A DNA stretch of 64,000 nt from an uncultured Smithella sp. GTDB lineage: Bacteria; Desulfobacterota; Syntrophia; Syntrophales; Smithellaceae. Under the pieces are notes generated by a model. That model had not been told where the DNA came from and did no database searches. It saw only the letters and a program-made list of their open reading frames with translations. The DNA lies in assembly GCA_964581635.1 (NCBI GenBank), contig CAZOPH010000002.1, forward strand, positions 7,032 through 71,031, given 5' to 3'. Each line of letters starts with the position of its first letter. The first letter of the stretch is position 1. Positions 10,159 through 21,316 of this stretch are shown piece by piece. The position numbers and the translations under genes are program-made.

Positions 10159-11520
10159 ATGGCGAAGATTCTGGTGGTTGATGACGACCAAGGTATGAGA
10201 GAATTTATGGAGATTATGTTAACCAAAGAAGGCTATGATATCACAACCGCCGACAGCCCCGTGAAGGCGATCAATCTCTGTCGTAAAACAGCGTATGATT
10301 TAGTCATTACAGATTTGAAAATGCCTAAAATTGACGGCATTGAATTTCTCAAAACCATCAAGGATCATCGACCGGAAACGGTTGTGATTTTAATTACCGC
10401 CTATGCTTCCGGAGAAACAGCGGTTGATGCGATGAAGGAAGGCGCTTATGATTATGTGGAAAAAGGTGGCAATATCGAAGAATTAAAGCAGATCATTCGT
10501 CAGGCTTTGTTAAAAAATGGACTGGTTAGCGACAATCAGTTTCCGAAAAACGAAACACCTGAAGCATCTTTTTGCGGCATGATTGGTACAAGTCGGGAGA
10601 TGGCCAAAGTATTCTCAACGATTCAAAAAGTGGCCAACACGCCAGCCAATATTCTTATTTTGGGGGAAAGTGGAACAGGCAAGGAACTGGTTGCGAGGGC
10701 CATTCATGCCAATTCTTCACGCTCCAAAATGCCGTTTATGGCTATTAACAGCGGCGGTATTCCGGAGAACCTGCTGGAGAGTGAACTGTTCGGTTATATG
10801 AAAGGATCATTTACCGGCGCTTATGCAGATCGGCCGGGGCTTTTTGAGTTGTCCAAGGGCGGCACTGTCTTTTTGGACGAGATTGGCGAGTTACCGCCCG
10901 TCCTGCAGGTAAAACTCCTGAGAGTTGTGCAGGAAAAAACTTTCCGCCGTATTGGCGGATCGGAGGATATTAAAGTCGATGCGCGCATTATTTCCGCCAC
11001 TAATCAAAACCTAAACGAAAGAGTAAAAAAAGGTGAATTCCGCGAAGATCTCTATTTTCGACTGAATGTTATTCCTATCCATATGCCGCCGCTTCGGCAA
11101 AGGAAGGAAGACATTCCACTTTTGACCGACTATTTCATCGAAAAATATGCCCGTGAATTTGGTAAAGAAGTGAGGACGATTTCTTCTTACGCAATGGAAT
11201 TACTGAAAGGATACGCTTTTCCTGGTAATATTCGTGAGTTGGAAAATATCATTGAACGTGGCGTAGCCATGGAAACCTCTAATATTATATTACCCGAAAA
11301 TCTTGTACTTTCAGCTCAAACCAATGGTGGACAGAACGGTATTGACCTGGATATTCCCGATCAGGGCATTCATCTGAATGCTGAACTGGAAAAGATTGAG
11401 AAAAGAACGATCGAAAAAGCTCTGCAAAAAACAAAAGGGTCAAAGACAAAAGCAGCAGAACTACTTCATGTCACTTTTGATGCATTGCGCTATCGCATTG
11501 AAAAACTGGGCGTGGAATGA
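10159..11520 (+). CDS. Sigma-54-dependent response regulator (NtrC family: REC + AAA+ + Fis-type HTH)
   Basis: REC domain with VITDLKMPKIDG. Walker A GESGTGKELVARAIH. ESELFGYMKGSFTGA (GAFTGA-type sigma-54 contact loop). C-terminal HTH KTKAAELLHVTFDALRYRIEK. Confidence 0.93.
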   Translation: MAKILVVDDDQGMREFMEIMLTKEGYDITTADSPVKAINLCRKTAYDLVITDLKMPKIDGIEFLKTIKDHRPETVVILITAYASGETAVDAMKEGAYDYVEKGGNIEELKQIIRQALLKNGLVSDNQFPKNETPEASFCGMIGTSREMAKVFSTIQKVANTPANILILGESGTGKELVARAIHANSSRSKMPFMAINSGGIPENLLESELFGYMKGSFTGAYADRPGLFELSKGGTVFLDEIGELPPVLQVKLLRVVQEKTFRRIGGSEDIKVDARIISATNQNLNERVKKGEFREDLYFRLNVIPIHMPPLRQRKEDIPLLTDYFIEKYAREFGKEVRTISSYAMELLKGYAFPGNIRELENIIERGVAMETSNIILPENLVLSAQTNGGQNGIDLDIPDQGIHLNAELEKIEKRTIEKALQKTKGSKTKAAELLHVTFDALRYRIEKLGVE

Positions 11521-11551
11521 AATTCCATTGGTCGTATTCGGGCTTGAATGA

Positions 11552-14120
<2,569 letters not shown>

Positions 14121-14260
14121 GATGCATAATTTTAACTTGGCTTGCCACCAAAGTCAAATTAAAAGCTTTTGCTCTTATCAGCATAATGATCAATAATGAC
14201 ATGGCTGAACACAAATAACGCTTGTATTTTTTTTATCTTACCGCTAAGAATCCAAAAAAG

Positions 14261-14758
14261 ATGATGATCGAAAATAAAGTCAAAATAGGTGTGTTATCAG
14301 ATACACATATTTCCGGTTACGATGAGAACTTAAAGAAAATTATTAACGAATATTTTTCTGATGTTGATCTGATATTACATGCTGGTGATTTAGTCGATTT
14401 GTGTGTTTTGGAACTTTTCGGCGATAAAGAAATTCGAGCAGTTTGCGGCAATATGGACAATCAGCACGTCAAACAGGTGTTACCTGAACAGTTGCTGATG
14501 GATATCAACGGATTTAAAATCGGACTGATTCATGGATGGGGCTCTCCGGAAGGAATGGAACGAAAATTGGCTGACAAACTGGGCAAGATTGATTGCATAG
14601 TGTTCGGTCATACGCATCAACCGTTAAACAAAAGGATCGACGGCGTTTACTTTTTTAATCCGGGGTCAGCGGTCGATAAACGTTTTGCCGCCTCCAGAAG
14701 CATCGGCATTCTGGAAGTGGACAAAGAATTAACAGGCAGGATTATAACAATAAAGTGA
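14261..14758 (+). CDS. YfcE/MJ0936-family metallophosphoesterase
   Basis: The ORF opens at TTG 14222. The family-like N-terminus MMIENKVKIGVLSDTH begins at 14261. Motifs: HAGD, GNMD, GHTH. Confidence 0.85.
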   Translation: MMIENKVKIGVLSDTHISGYDENLKKIINEYFSDVDLILHAGDLVDLCVLELFGDKEIRAVCGNMDNQHVKQVLPEQLLMDINGFKIGLIHGWGSPEGMERKLADKLGKIDCIVFGHTHQPLNKRIDGVYFFNPGSAVDKRFAASRSIGILEVDKELTGRIITIK

Positions 14759-14788
14759 TTCGGTTAAATAATATCGGGTGTTGGAAAT

Positions 14789-15283
14789 ATGGAAACAATG
14801 TTTGCCCCCTGGCGGATGGAGTATCTCGTGTGTGAAAAGAAAGAAGGATGTGTGTTTTGTAAATGTTCGACTCGATGTGATGATTATATCGTTTTTGAGG
14901 GGAAAACGTGTTTTGTGATGCTGAACCGATATCCGTATGTCAACGGACATTTGATGATTATTCCCGGACGGCATTTGGGTGGCATTGAAGAATTGACAGA
15001 TGAAGAACGCAAAGAAATATTCGCCTTGCTGGATATATCCGTTAAAGTGTTGAAAGATTCGATGAACCCGCATGGTTTTAATATTGGCATGAATTTGGGT
15101 AAGGCAGCCGGTGCAGGTATTGCTGAACATGTTCATGTTCATATCATTCCGCGCTGGGAAGGTGATACCAATTTTATGAGTGTTGTCGGCAATGTACGGG
15201 TCATCCCGGAGGATCTGGCAACAACCGCCGCAAATCTGGCGCCACTATTTGAAAAATATGCTCAGGAGGTTTCATCACGATGA
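14789..15283 (+). CDS. HIT-family nucleotide hydrolase/phosphorylase
   Basis: Histidine triad HVHVHIIPRW. NRYPYVNGHLMIIP resembles the Ap4A-phosphorylase/GalT branch. Confidence 0.87.
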   Translation: METMFAPWRMEYLVCEKKEGCVFCKCSTRCDDYIVFEGKTCFVMLNRYPYVNGHLMIIPGRHLGGIEELTDEERKEIFALLDISVKVLKDSMNPHGFNIGMNLGKAAGAGIAEHVHVHIIPRWEGDTNFMSVVGNVRVIPEDLATTAANLAPLFEKYAQEVSSR

Positions 15284-15597
15284 AAATATTTTATTTAATT
15301 CTCACCATCATTTTTGCTTTTTTTATTGTCACCTTTTCACAATTCAATTCCGCGCCTGTAACCATTAAATACTACTATCTTCAAGAAATTGTTGTTCCGG
15401 CTTATATGCTTATTTTTGTTGCCTTAATGGTGGGCGTCATTATTACCGGGTTGTTAGGTGTGGTAGAGAGATTTCGTCTGAACCGCACGATCAGCCGCTT
15501 GAATAAAACAATTCGAGATTTACGCAAGGAATTACGGGACCACGAAGCACCTCCCATGGTTGAAGATCGGAAGAAAATATCCACTCCTTCACCATGA
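15280..15597 (+). CDS. LapA/DUF1049-family small inner-membrane protein
   Basis: 105 aa. Two TM helices followed by a basic coiled segment RLNRTISRLNKTIRDLRKELR. ATGA overlap with the HIT gene. Confidence 0.7.
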   Translation: MKIFYLILTIIFAFFIVTFSQFNSAPVTIKYYYLQEIVVPAYMLIFVALMVGVIITGLLGVVERFRLNRTISRLNKTIRDLRKELRDHEAPPMVEDRKKISTPSP

Positions 15598-16085
15598 ATA
15601 CCGAAATAAAATTTATCACCGATGCAACGCTTGCGGGACTTGCCAAATGGCTCAGGCTGCTAGGCTTTGACACCATTGTTTATGGTAGTGAAGCGGGCCG
15701 ACCAATGATGCGGCAGGCCCAAAGTCAGGAGCGAATTCTTTTAACCCGCAGAAGAGATATGCGGGAGCGGCAATTCGCAGGTGACTTATTTTTATTGCCG
15801 GCAGCAAACACAGGCCAACAACTCAGTTTAGTTATCCGGAAATATTCTTTAAAAATAAACTTCCAAAAAATGTTCAAGATTTGTCTTGCCTGCAACGAAA
15901 GACTGCATCCGGTTGGGCGTGAGGATGTACGGAATTTAGTGCCGACATTTGTTTTTGAGAATTGTGAACAATACCAACGATGCGACCTCTGTGGGAAAAT
16001 TTACTGGCTCGGATCGCATGTTCAAAACGCACTGAAATTCCTGGAAAAGAACAATATCAAAATAATTAAAAATGAAGAAATGTAA
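15594..16085 (+). CDS. Mut7-C (DUF82) PIN-like RNase domain protein with C-terminal zinc ribbon
   Basis: N-terminus FITDATLAGLAKWLRLLGFDT is typical of Mut7-C. C-terminal CLACN...CDLCG pairs. ATGA overlap with the upstream gene. Confidence 0.78.
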   Translation: MNTEIKFITDATLAGLAKWLRLLGFDTIVYGSEAGRPMMRQAQSQERILLTRRRDMRERQFAGDLFLLPAANTGQQLSLVIRKYSLKINFQKMFKICLACNERLHPVGREDVRNLVPTFVFENCEQYQRCDLCGKIYWLGSHVQNALKFLEKNNIKIIKNEEM

Positions 16086-16126
16086 GAACGGTCTCGCCAC
16101 CTGTATCGATGATTTCAAATCGTTTT

Positions 16127-16621
16127 CTAAGATGATATTGCACAATCACGGTCATCGCCCTTAATTTTTTCAATGGCGTGTTGAAGCGCGGGTAAAACCG
16201 CAGTGAGATTTTCCCTGGCACCTTTAGGGCTTCCCGGGAGATTGATGATCAGGCACCGGCCGCGAATACCGGCAACAGCGCGGGATATCATGGCATGCGG
16301 GGTAATTTTCATACTGGCGAGGCGCATGGCTTCGGCCATTCCGGGCACTTCCTTGTCAATGACTTTCAGTGTGGCGTCCGGTGTGAGATCACGCGGGCTG
16401 ACTCCCGTGCCACCTGTGGTCAAAATCACATCCAGCTTTTCCACATCAGCGAATTGAATAATCGTTTTTTGTATCTGCTCAACTTCGTCAGGAATGATAA
16501 GAGTCTGTTTTATTTCGATACCGGCTTCCGCAAGCATTTCCGCAATTGCGGGGCCGCTTAGATCCTGCCGTTTGCCTTGTGAACCTTTATCGCTCACTGT
16601 AATGATTCCGGCGCTAAACAT
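16127..16621 (-). CDS. MogA/MoaB-family molybdopterin adenylyltransferase-like protein
   Basis: 164 aa. VSDKGS and TTGGTGVSPRDLTPDA motifs. Confidence 0.87.
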   Translation of the reverse strand: MFSAGIITVSDKGSQGKRQDLSGPAIAEMLAEAGIEIKQTLIIPDEVEQIQKTIIQFADVEKLDVILTTGGTGVSPRDLTPDATLKVIDKEVPGMAEAMRLASMKITPHAMISRAVAGIRGRCLIINLPGSPKGARENLTAVLPALQHAIEKIKGDDRDCAISS

Positions 16622-16627
16622 TTGTGA

Positions 16628-18709
16628 TCATTCTTCCGCCTCTTTTTTCGATTCCGCTATAATTTTGTCCGCAATGTAAGAGGGGACTTCTTCATAATGC
16701 GAATCCGTGTAGGTGAAGTTGCCTCGGCCGCTGGTCATGGAGCGCAGATCGGGAGCATACTTTAATATTTCCGCCAGAGGTACCTGACCTTTAATAACCT
16801 GATTGGTTCCATTGGTGTCCATACCCAGAACGCGTCCTCGGCGACTGTTAAGATCGCCGATGACGTCGCCCATGTATTCGTCAGGGACTTCGATGGCAAT
16901 ATTCACAATGGGTTCCAGCAGGATCGGCTGACAGTCCATAACGCCTTTTTGAAAGGCCATGGAGCCGGCGATTTTAAAGGCCATTTCTGATGAATCTACG
17001 GTATGATAAGAGCCAAAAACCAGAGATATTCTGAAATCCACAACCGGATAACCGGCGATAACGCCTTTGGCCGCAGCTTCCTGAATACCTTTATCTACGG
17101 CTGGGCGGTATTGTCCTGGAATAACCCCGCCGACAATTTTATCCAGAAATTCATACCCTGTGCCACGCGGCAACGGTTCAATATCGATCGTACAATCGCC
17201 AAACTGGCCGCGTCCACCGGACTGTTTCTTGTATCGGCCCTGAACGTTGGTTTTCCCTTTAATAGTTTCCAGATAGGGGACTTTCGGTGTGTTCAGGTTG
17301 ACTTCGACGCCGAATTTTCTTTTCATCTTTTCTACATTGACTTCAATATGCACCTGGCCCATCCCGGAGAGGATCATTTCCTTGGTCTGGACATTACGGG
17401 AAAAGACGATGGTCGGATCTTCTTCCGTAAGACGGTGAATGGAGGAGGCGATCTTGTCTTCATCGCCTCTGGATTTAGGTTCGACCGCAAAAGACATAAT
17501 CGGCGGCGGAACCGCAACTTTTTCAAAGATAATGGGGGTTTTTTCGTTGCAGAGCGTATCACCGGTGACGGTTTCCTTCAGTTTGGCGACACCGGCTATG
17601 TCACCGGGAATGAGCACTTCCGCCTGTTTCTGGTTTTTACCTTCCAGAAAGAAAATATGTCCAAATTTCTCCGTGATTTTTTTCGAAGAGTTATAAACGG
17701 CCGAATCGGAATTGAGTTTACCTGAATAGACCCGAAACAATGTCAGCCTGCCCGCGTAGGGATCGGCAATCGTTTTGAAAACGATCGCAGAAAAAGGAGC
17801 ATCTTCTGAAGGCTGCCTTTCTTCAACACTGTCCGTTCCCGGCTTTTTGCCTTTAACCGGTCCACGGTCAACGGGTGAAGCGAAAGAACTGACAGCGATG
17901 TCCATCAATAGCGTTGCGCCAATACCTTTAAGGGCTGACCCGCAAATGACGGGAATAATGCTTCCGGTTGTCACGCCTTTTCTCAAGCCGGACTTAAGTT
18001 CCTCGGCGGAAAGCTCGCCGGATTCCAAGTATTTATTCATCAGTTCATCGTCGGCTTCCGCGATGTCTTCGACCATGGAACTATGCAGCATGCTGGCCTC
18101 ATCCATCAAGTCAGCGGGAATGTCAGACGCCTTGCCAACGCCTTTGTTGTCGGTAAAAGTAAAAGCCTTCATGGCAATCAAATCAATAATGCCTTGAAAT
18201 TTATCTTCTGCTCCGATGGGCATACAGATGGGGGTTGTTTTCTTCTTGAGTTTTGTTTTGATGCTTTCCAAAACTTTGTTGAAATCCGCTCTTTCACGGT
18301 CCATCCGATTGATGAAAATCATGCGGGGAAGGGAATATTCATCGGCTAGTTCCCAGACTTTTTGTGTCTGAAACTCAACACCGCCGACGGAATCGATAAC
18401 CACAACTGCATTATCCACGATGCTCAGAGAGCATTTAATATCAAAGGTAAAGTTAGAGTCGCCCGGCGTATCCACAATATTAATTTTATGTTTATCCCAT
18501 TCGACAAAATTGGCCGCCGATGAGATTGAAACATGTTTCTTTTGTTCTTCCGGTTCGTAGTCCATGGTGGACGAGCCGTCATCCACACGACCCAGCCGTT
18601 CATTTTTCCCGGAAACGAATAAAAGTGATTCACAAAGAGAGGTTTTACCTGTGCCGCCGTGACCGATTACAGCCATATTTCTAAGAGATTTGGGTTCGAA
18701 CTTTGCCAT
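16628..18709 (-). CDS. EF-G-like translational GTPase paralog with divergent G-domain motifs
   Basis: Five-domain EF-G length. Start ATG at 18709 with an AAGGAG SD 6 nt upstream (the track ORF opens at TTG 18724). G1 is GHGGTGKTS rather than AHIDAGKTT. G3 is DTPGDSNF rather than DTPGHVDF. G4 is NRMD. Confidence 0.9.
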   Translation of the reverse strand: MAKFEPKSLRNMAVIGHGGTGKTSLCESLLFVSGKNERLGRVDDGSSTMDYEPEEQKKHVSISSAANFVEWDKHKINIVDTPGDSNFTFDIKCSLSIVDNAVVVIDSVGGVEFQTQKVWELADEYSLPRMIFINRMDRERADFNKVLESIKTKLKKKTTPICMPIGAEDKFQGIIDLIAMKAFTFTDNKGVGKASDIPADLMDEASMLHSSMVEDIAEADDELMNKYLESGELSAEELKSGLRKGVTTGSIIPVICGSALKGIGATLLMDIAVSSFASPVDRGPVKGKKPGTDSVEERQPSEDAPFSAIVFKTIADPYAGRLTLFRVYSGKLNSDSAVYNSSKKITEKFGHIFFLEGKNQKQAEVLIPGDIAGVAKLKETVTGDTLCNEKTPIIFEKVAVPPPIMSFAVEPKSRGDEDKIASSIHRLTEEDPTIVFSRNVQTKEMILSGMGQVHIEVNVEKMKRKFGVEVNLNTPKVPYLETIKGKTNVQGRYKKQSGGRGQFGDCTIDIEPLPRGTGYEFLDKIVGGVIPGQYRPAVDKGIQEAAAKGVIAGYPVVDFRISLVFGSYHTVDSSEMAFKIAGSMAFQKGVMDCQPILLEPIVNIAIEVPDEYMGDVIGDLNSRRGRVLGMDTNGTNQVIKGQVPLAEILKYAPDLRSMTSGRGNFTYTDSHYEEVPSYIADKIIAESKKEAEE

Positions 18710-18888
18710 GAAAACTCCTTTCAATATCTCAACAAGATCCGCCGAAAGAACTGAAGAAACGGGTTCATTCAGAGTGCTGGGATGTTTAGCCTATCCCGTA
18801 ACTAAAATCAAGATAATTTTCACCTTCTGACGATTGAGGGGGCGTGTTTTGTCCTCTGATGCAAGCTTTCGAAAAGGCGGGCGGACTT

Positions 18889-20586
18889 TCATCTTTTCAG
18901 TAGATTTATTTCACCCAGCCTCATGGGATACAACACTGCAAAAACGCATAGAAACAGCGCAAAAGTAAAAGAAAAGACAAACCAGAGTATTTGTATCCAG
19001 GAAAAGGTGTAACCGTGCATTCTGGCCATAAAGATTTTATAAACAGGCCCCGCTTCCAGGATAATGACCAAAGCAATTAAACCAAAACTAAGGAGCATAA
19101 AAAGTATTCCGCCGAAACTGGTTACTGACAGGGCCGGATTTTCCGATTTGAAATCAGGATAGCAAGCACCCAATCCAACGGCGAGCGCGACTACACCGGG
19201 AACAAGAAAAAATATCGTCAAGACCGATAAAAACATCATAAATGGTGTCACCCCAAGTAGAAGGTTGGAAGCAACAATCAGTATTTCAGACAGAATGAGC
19301 AACGGTATGTAATAAAGAAAAAACTTAATCCAGAGGAATGTTTTCATGGCAACAGGCGCTGATTGAATAATCCAGAAAGCTTCCCCTTCCATGCTGACCG
19401 CCGGAAAAACAAAGCGGGCGGCAATGGCCGCAAGCACAAAAGCGGCCAGCCCCACATTCAAAAAAGAAAAGACATTTTGAAGATAGACCGTTTTGATGGG
19501 CGAGTGATCCAGAGGCAGGACGGAGAAATTATACAGGTAAACAACAATTAATGCGCAGATTAAAAACAATTGCGGCCATTGTGTGGAATCCCGAAAGAAG
19601 GAGCGAATCTCCTTTATGGCGAAAGCTTTTGCCGGTCGAGACAGAAAATTTAACAAACCCTCCCAACCGTATCTTCTTAATTTAACCGGTGAAAAAAGCC
19701 TTTTGGCCGTTGTTTGAGCACGGGAGAAGCCCCGGGAGTAGATGGCACTTGCCATCATTCCATTTATGAAAATCATGGAAAAAGCACAACTGGCCGAAAG
19801 AGCCAGATTAAATATGGAATACGTCCAATTATTGGTTAAGGCGAAGCGCACTGTATCTGTTACCCAGGTCGTGGGCAGATAGGGCAGGCTGAGTGCCTGC
19901 ATAGAATTTAAATACAGAACAGCCGAAGCAAAACTATCCGGATTGACAAGCTGTTCGGGCCGGATCATCCTCAAGACAATTACGAGTAACACCACCAGCA
20001 AAACGCCCAGGATCACAAAAAGGGTACGGATTTTTCCCGCAGGAAGCAAAGCTGCGCCCAGTAAGACTAGCAGGCTGCTGATAGTTGAGGCCATCAGGCA
20101 CAGACATACAATTGCAGTCAGTGAAGCTAAATAGAATGCGGCACCTGCCTGATAGACCAGACCGTAGGATAAAAAGACGGGGAGGCTAAAGGCTACGACC
20201 ATCCATGAGGAATCGAAGACGCTGCTCAACCAGCGTGAAAAGAAAATATCCTTGATCCCAACCGGTAGAGAATGCAACAAAGATAAGTCACGGCTCAAAT
20301 ACAGGTGAGACAGAGAGTTAATAATGCTACTAAAAAGTAATAGGATGAAGAAGGTGATGATCATCATGGAAAGAAGTTTCATGGCCAGGATGTCGCCAAA
20401 ATCCCGCACACTTTGAAAATAGTTTAAAACACGGTAAAATATTAAGAAGGCGCCTATCCAGAAAGCCAGGCCAATCAACAAGAAAAGGGAAAATTGCGTC
20501 CAACGATTATTCCGCTTACCCGGTTTCAATCTCTTTCCGGCGGAAAGCAGCCTCGGTCTCAGTAATGTTAACACCTTGCTTCTCAT
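18889..20586 (-). CDS. Polytopic membrane protein, putative ABC exporter permease (ABC_export-like)
   Basis: 565 aa with at least 10 hydrophobic segments. It starts 4 nt after the ABC ATPase stop. Family assignment is from memory of the N-terminal pattern only. Confidence 0.65.
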   Translation of the reverse strand: MRSKVLTLLRPRLLSAGKRLKPGKRNNRWTQFSLFLLIGLAFWIGAFLIFYRVLNYFQSVRDFGDILAMKLLSMMIITFFILLLFSSIINSLSHLYLSRDLSLLHSLPVGIKDIFFSRWLSSVFDSSWMVVAFSLPVFLSYGLVYQAGAAFYLASLTAIVCLCLMASTISSLLVLLGAALLPAGKIRTLFVILGVLLVVLLVIVLRMIRPEQLVNPDSFASAVLYLNSMQALSLPYLPTTWVTDTVRFALTNNWTYSIFNLALSASCAFSMIFINGMMASAIYSRGFSRAQTTAKRLFSPVKLRRYGWEGLLNFLSRPAKAFAIKEIRSFFRDSTQWPQLFLICALIVVYLYNFSVLPLDHSPIKTVYLQNVFSFLNVGLAAFVLAAIAARFVFPAVSMEGEAFWIIQSAPVAMKTFLWIKFFLYYIPLLILSEILIVASNLLLGVTPFMMFLSVLTIFFLVPGVVALAVGLGACYPDFKSENPALSVTSFGGILFMLLSFGLIALVIILEAGPVYKIFMARMHGYTFSWIQILWFVFSFTFALFLCVFAVLYPMRLGEINLLKR

Positions 20587-20590
20587 TGGC

Positions 20591-21316
20591 TTATGCTTCC
20601 CGCACCAAAGTCAAAAAAACTTCTTCCAGCTTGGCTTCGCCGGTTTTTGCGGCCAGATTCAAGTCGGATACGGTGCCCTGCGCCAAAAGCGTTCCTTTAT
20701 GGATAACGCCGATTCTATCACACAGATCCTCGGCGAGGCTCAGCGTATGTGTAGAGACAAAGATAGTTACATTTTGCGCGGCCAGTCCCTTGAGAATATC
20801 CTTGACCATGCGCACAGCCCCAGGGTCAAGGCCGACCATTGGTTCGTCAATGACCATCACTTTGGGATCATGGAGAAGCGCCGCAGCAATAATGAGTCTC
20901 TGTTTCATACCGTGAGAATAAGCCTCAATGATTTCGTCCGCCCATTCCCAAAGCGCGAAATGTTTTAAGAGTTCTTCCGACCTGCGTAAGAGGTCTGGAG
21001 CCTCTACATTATATAAATCAGCAATGAATTTGAGAAATTCCATACCGGTGAGCTTTTCATAAAGAAACGGCCTGTCCGGCACAAAACCGATAATCTTCTT
21101 GGCCGCAACAGGATCTTTTTTTAGATCGATTCCGGCAATGGTGATGCTTCCGGCTGTCGGCTCGATAATACCGCCCATCATACGAATCGTAGTCGTTTTA
21201 CCCGCACCGTTGGGACCGATGAATCCGTAAATTTCACCGGCTGCCACATCTAAGCTCAAATGGTTCACAGCCAATGTTGTTCCGTAATCTTTGGTCAGGT
21301 TTTTCAGCTCAATCAT
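20591..21316 (-). CDS. ABC transporter ATP-binding protein
   Basis: Walker A GPNGAGKTT, signature-like YSHGMKQRL, Walker B VMVIDEP, H-loop STHTL. Confidence 0.93.
   Translation of the reverse strand: MIELKNLTKDYGTTLAVNHLSLDVAAGEIYGFIGPNGAGKTTTIRMMGGIIEPTAGSITIAGIDLKKDPVAAKKIIGFVPDRPFLYEKLTGMEFLKFIADLYNVEAPDLLRRSEELLKHFALWEWADEIIEAYSHGMKQRLIIAAALLHDPKVMVIDEPMVGLDPGAVRMVKDILKGLAAQNVTIFVSTHTLSLAEDLCDRIGVIHKGTLLAQGTVSDLNLAAKTGEAKLEEVFLTLVREA

Noticed and set aside
8466-11520. Naming the two-component pair pilS/pilR
   Set aside because: The architecture fits a multi-TM PAS kinase plus an NtrC-type regulator. However, no pilin or type IV pilus gene is adjacent, so the specific names are not supported.
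18688-18700. GGTTCGAA string resembling a tRNA T-loop
   Set aside because: It lies inside the N-terminal coding region of the EF-G-like gene. There is no acceptor or anticodon stem context. I spotted no tRNA genes in the window.
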